Assembly (NCBI GenBank): GCA_965219955.1
Contig: OZ244799.1
Location: 192,001 to 256,000 of the forward strand
Reading direction: 5' to 3'
DNA length: 64,000 bases
DNA from: a bacterium
GTDB lineage: Bacteria; UBA8248
How positions within the stretch are numbered: position 1 is the first letter of the stretch; each line of letters starts with the position of its first letter. Below are positions 60,911 through 64,000 of this stretch, piece after piece. The notes beneath the pieces are model-generated. The model saw only the letters and a list, made by a program, of their open reading frames with translations, did no database searches and was not told the origin of the DNA. Position numbers and translations under genes: made by a program.

Positions 60911-63016
60911 GTGCCCAGCGAAGCGCTCAGCAAAACGAGAAACATCGGCATCATGGCGCACATCGATGCCGGCAAGACGACGACGACAGAGCGCATCCTC
61001 TTCTACACGGGCAGGACCCACAAGATGGGCGAGGTGCACGACGGCGCGGCCACCATGGACTGGATGGCGCAGGAACAGGAACGCGGCATCACCATCACCT
61101 CCGCGGCCACGCGCTGCGCCTGGAACGATCACGTCATCAACATCATCGACACGCCCGGCCACGTGGACTTCACGGCGGAGGTGGAGAGAAGCTTGCGCGT
61201 CCTCGACGGCGCGGTGGCGGTGTTCTGCGCCGTGGGCGGCGTGGAGCCGCAAAGCGAGACGGTCTGGCGTCAGGCGGAAAAATACGGCGTGCCGCGCCTC
61301 GTGTTCGTCAACAAGATGGACAGGACGGGCGCGGATTTCGAAAGGGTGGTGGGCGAAGTGAGAGAACGCCTCGCCGCGAACCCGCTCGTGCTGCAACTGC
61401 CGATAGGGGCGGAGGAGAATTTCGCCGGCATGGTGGACCTCGTGACCATGAAGGCGCGGGTGTTCGACGACCCGATGGGCGCATCCTACGAAGAGGCGGA
61501 AGTGCCCGAGGACATGAGGGCGGAAGCCGATGATTTGAGAGAAAAGCTCTTCGACACGCTCTCGATGTTCGATGATTCACTGATGGAGAAATACCTGGAA
61601 GGCGAGGATATCTCACCCGAGGAGGTCCGGGCCGCGATTCGACAGGGAACGATCAGCGGCGAATTTGTTCCCGTCGTATGCGGCTCCGCGTTCAGGAACA
61701 AAGGCGTGCAACTCCTGCTCGACGCCATCGTCGACTACCTTCCGTCTCCTTTCGATATCCCCCCCGTTCAGGCCGTCTTGTCAGATGAAGACTTGGAACT
61801 GGGCAGAAAGCCCGAGGAAAGGGCGCCTTCGGACGATGACCCGCTCTGCGCGCTCACCTTCAAGGTAATGACGGACCCTTACGTGGGCCAACTGGTATTT
61901 ATCCGTATATATTCCGGTGTTCTGAAATCCGGTTCTTCCGTATTGAACACGATCACCGGCAAGCAGGAGCGCGTAGGGCGCCTCATGCGAATGCACGCGA
62001 ACAAGCGCGAAGAGATACAGGAGGCCCATGCAGGCGACATCGTCGCCGCCCTGGGCATCAAACAAGCCAAGACAGGCCATACCCTCTGCGCTCCTGCCCA
62101 CTCCATCCTTCTCGAAAGCATCAACTTCCCCGAACCCGTCATCTCCATCGCCATCGAGCCGAAGACGAAGTCCGACCAGGACAAGCTCGGCAACGCCTTG
62201 GCGAGGCTCTCGGACGAGGACCCGACCTTCCGGGTGCGCTCGGACGAGGAGACGGCGCAGACCATCCTCTCCGGCATGGGCGAGTTGCACCTGGAGATTC
62301 TGGTGGACAGGCTTTTCCGCGAATTCGCGCTCGAGGCCAGCGTGGGCAAGCCCCAGGTCGCCTACCGGGAGACGATTCGGGCCGAGGCCACCGCGCGCGG
62401 TCGCTTCGTGCGCCAGTCCGGCGGGCGCGGGCAGTTCGGGGACGTGGAGATCACCATCAGGCCGCTCGCTCCCGGCGACGGTTTTCAGTTCGTCAACAAG
62501 ATTGTGGGCGGCGTGATTCCGAGAGAATACATTCCGGCGGTCGAGAACGGCGTCAGGGAAGCCATGGAAAACGGGGTGATCGCCGGATACCCGTTGCTCG
62601 ACATCGAAGTCACGCTTTTCGATGGTTCGTTCCACCAGGTCGACAGCTCGGAGGTGGCCTTCAAGATCGCAGGCTCCATGGCTTTCCGGGAAGCCGCGAA
62701 GAAGGCGAAGCCCGTTCTTCTCGAACCCATCATGGACATGGAAGTGGTGTGTCCCGCGGATTTTCTGGGTGACGTCATGGGAGACCTCACTTCCCGGCGC
62801 GGGCGGATCCGCGAGATGGAAGACCGGGCGGGCGCCAAGGTGGTGAACGCCTCCGTTCCGCTCTCGGAAATGTTCGGTTATGCGACCGACGTACGATCGA
62901 TGACCCAGGGCAGGGCGACCTATACGATGCAGTTCGGTCGCTATGAAGAGATGCCGCGGCCGCTTGCCGAGGAGTTGATGGCGAAAAACGTAGGCACGGC
63001 AGTCGAAACAGCATAG
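60911..63016 (+). CDS. fusA: Elongation factor G
   Basis: [24 protein letters not shown]. Confidence 0.99.
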   Translation: MPSEALSKTRNIGIMAHIDAGKTTTTERILFYTGRTHKMGEVHDGAATMDWMAQEQERGITITSAATRCAWNDHVINIIDTPGHVDFTAEVERSLRVLDGAVAVFCAVGGVEPQSETVWRQAEKYGVPRLVFVNKMDRTGADFERVVGEVRERLAANPLVLQLPIGAEENFAGMVDLVTMKARVFDDPMGASYEEAEVPEDMRAEADDLREKLFDTLSMFDDSLMEKYLEGEDISPEEVRAAIRQGTISGEFVPVVCGSAFRNKGVQLLLDAIVDYLPSPFDIPPVQAVLSDEDLELGRKPEERAPSDDDPLCALTFKVMTDPYVGQLVFIRIYSGVLKSGSSVLNTITGKQERVGRLMRMHANKREEIQEAHAGDIVAALGIKQAKTGHTLCAPAHSILLESINFPEPVISIAIEPKTKSDQDKLGNALARLSDEDPTFRVRSDEETAQTILSGMGELHLEILVDRLFREFALEASVGKPQVAYRETIRAEATARGRFVRQSGGRGQFGDVEITIRPLAPGDGFQFVNKIVGGVIPREYIPAVENGVREAMENGVIAGYPLLDIEVTLFDGSFHQVDSSEVAFKIAGSMAFREAAKKAKPVLLEPIMDMEVVCPADFLGDVMGDLTSRRGRIREMEDRAGAKVVNASVPLSEMFGYATDVRSMTQGRATYTMQFGRYEEMPRPLAEELMAKNVGTAVETA

Positions 63017-63086
63017 ACGAGTATTTCGGGAGAGGGCGAGCATGAGCCGCCCTCTTTGAATTTTCAACAGAAGGAGAAGGGAAGCC

Positions 63087-64000
63087 ATGGCGAAGGCGAA
63101 GTTTGAGCGCACGAAGCCGCACGTGAACGTAGGGACGATAGGGCACGTGGACCATGGGAAGACGACGCTGACGGCCGCGATCACGAGGCACCTCTCGCAG
63201 AAGGGGATGGCGGAGGAGATCGGGTTTGACGAGATCGACAAGGCGCCCGAAGAACGCGAGCGGGGTATCACGATAGCGACGGCGCACGTGGAATACGAGA
63301 CGGAGAACCGCCACTACGCGCACGTGGACTGTCCGGGCCATGCGGACTACGTGAAGAACATGATAACGGGCGCTGCGCAGATGGACGGCGCGATCCTGGT
63401 GGTATCCGCTGCGGACGGGCCGATGCCGCAGACGCGCGAGCACATCCTGCTGGCCCGCCAGGTGGGTGTTCCCTACATCTGCGTGTATCTGAATAAAGTG
63501 GACATGGTGGACGATGAGGAACTCCTGGAACTGGTGGAGCTCGAAGTCCGCGAGCTTCTCTCGACCTATGAGTTCCCGGGCGACGACATCCCGGTGGTGC
63601 CGGGTTCTGCGCTGCGGGCGCTCGAGGGGAGCGACACCTCCTCGATAGACGCGCTCATGGAGGCGGTGGACGGCTATATCCCCGAACCGGTTCGCGACGT
63701 CGATAAACCGTTCCTGATGCCGGTTGAGGACGTGTTTTCGATCTCGGGCCGCGGCACGGTGGCGACGGGCCGGGTGGAGCGGGGCATCGTGAACGTTGGG
63801 GATGAGGTGGAGATCGTGGGCATCACGGACACGCGGAAGACGGTGGCGACGGGCGTGGAGATGTTCCGGAAGCTACTGGACCAGGGCCAGGCGGGCGACA
63901 ACGTGGGCGTTCTGCTCAGGGGTGTCAAAAAAGACGAGATAGAACGCGGCCAGGTCCTGGCGCAGCCGGCGTCGATCATGCCGCACTTAAAGTTCAAGGG
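63087..64000 (+). CDS. tuf: Elongation factor Tu (copy 2, truncated by window end)
   Basis: Near-identical to 46886..48064, downstream of fusA. Confidence 0.98.
   Translation, partial: MAKAKFERTKPHVNVGTIGHVDHGKTTLTAAITRHLSQKGMAEEIGFDEIDKAPEERERGITIATAHVEYETENRHYAHVDCPGHADYVKNMITGAAQMDGAILVVSAADGPMPQTREHILLARQVGVPYICVYLNKVDMVDDEELLELVELEVRELLSTYEFPGDDIPVVPGSALRALEGSDTSSIDALMEAVDGYIPEPVRDVDKPFLMPVEDVFSISGRGTVATGRVERGIVNVGDEVEIVGITDTRKTVATGVEMFRKLLDQGQAGDNVGVLLRGVKKDEIERGQVLAQPASIMPHLKFK

Overview
High-GC bacterial chromosomal window with two parts. The left ~40 kb is accessory and metabolic. It holds a sugar-type ABC transporter, two crotonases, CIRCE-controlled groESL, a long TonB-like protein, an MntR/DtxR regulator, a cupin and gpsA. 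It also holds a single-chain Type IIG/IIL restriction-modification enzyme coupled to a HEPN-like ORF, an ArsR/SRPBCC/DinB cluster, and a Gfo/Idh/MocA gene with a xanthine-dehydrogenase-family subunit. Further on are an ARPP-1-like gene split by an intact IS1380, an SSS symporter, an OsmC-like gene with an in-frame TGA, EamA, a PmtA-like methyltransferase, a Ca/Na antiporter and a PPIase. The right ~24 kb is core: dcd, moaC, PIN/TRAM, ispD, ispF, cysS, rlmB, tRNA Thr-Tyr-Gly-Thr, tuf, tRNA-Trp, secE, nusG, rplKAJL, rpoBC, rpsL, rpsG, fusA and a second, truncated tuf. Intergenic regions are dense with palindromic repeat families. The best leads are: (1) a twice-occurring ~150-nt structured RNA with an intrinsic terminator, one copy behind a complete sigma-54 promoter with enhancer-like sites; (2) a probable selenocysteine OsmC-like protein; (3) an 11-bp-phased DnaA-box array plus an NrdR-like box before dcd; (4) MITE-like 'shells' carrying different REP cargos; (5) the RM + HEPN-like pair. 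No CRISPR array or rRNA was seen. All calls come from reading motifs by eye; no database search was run.
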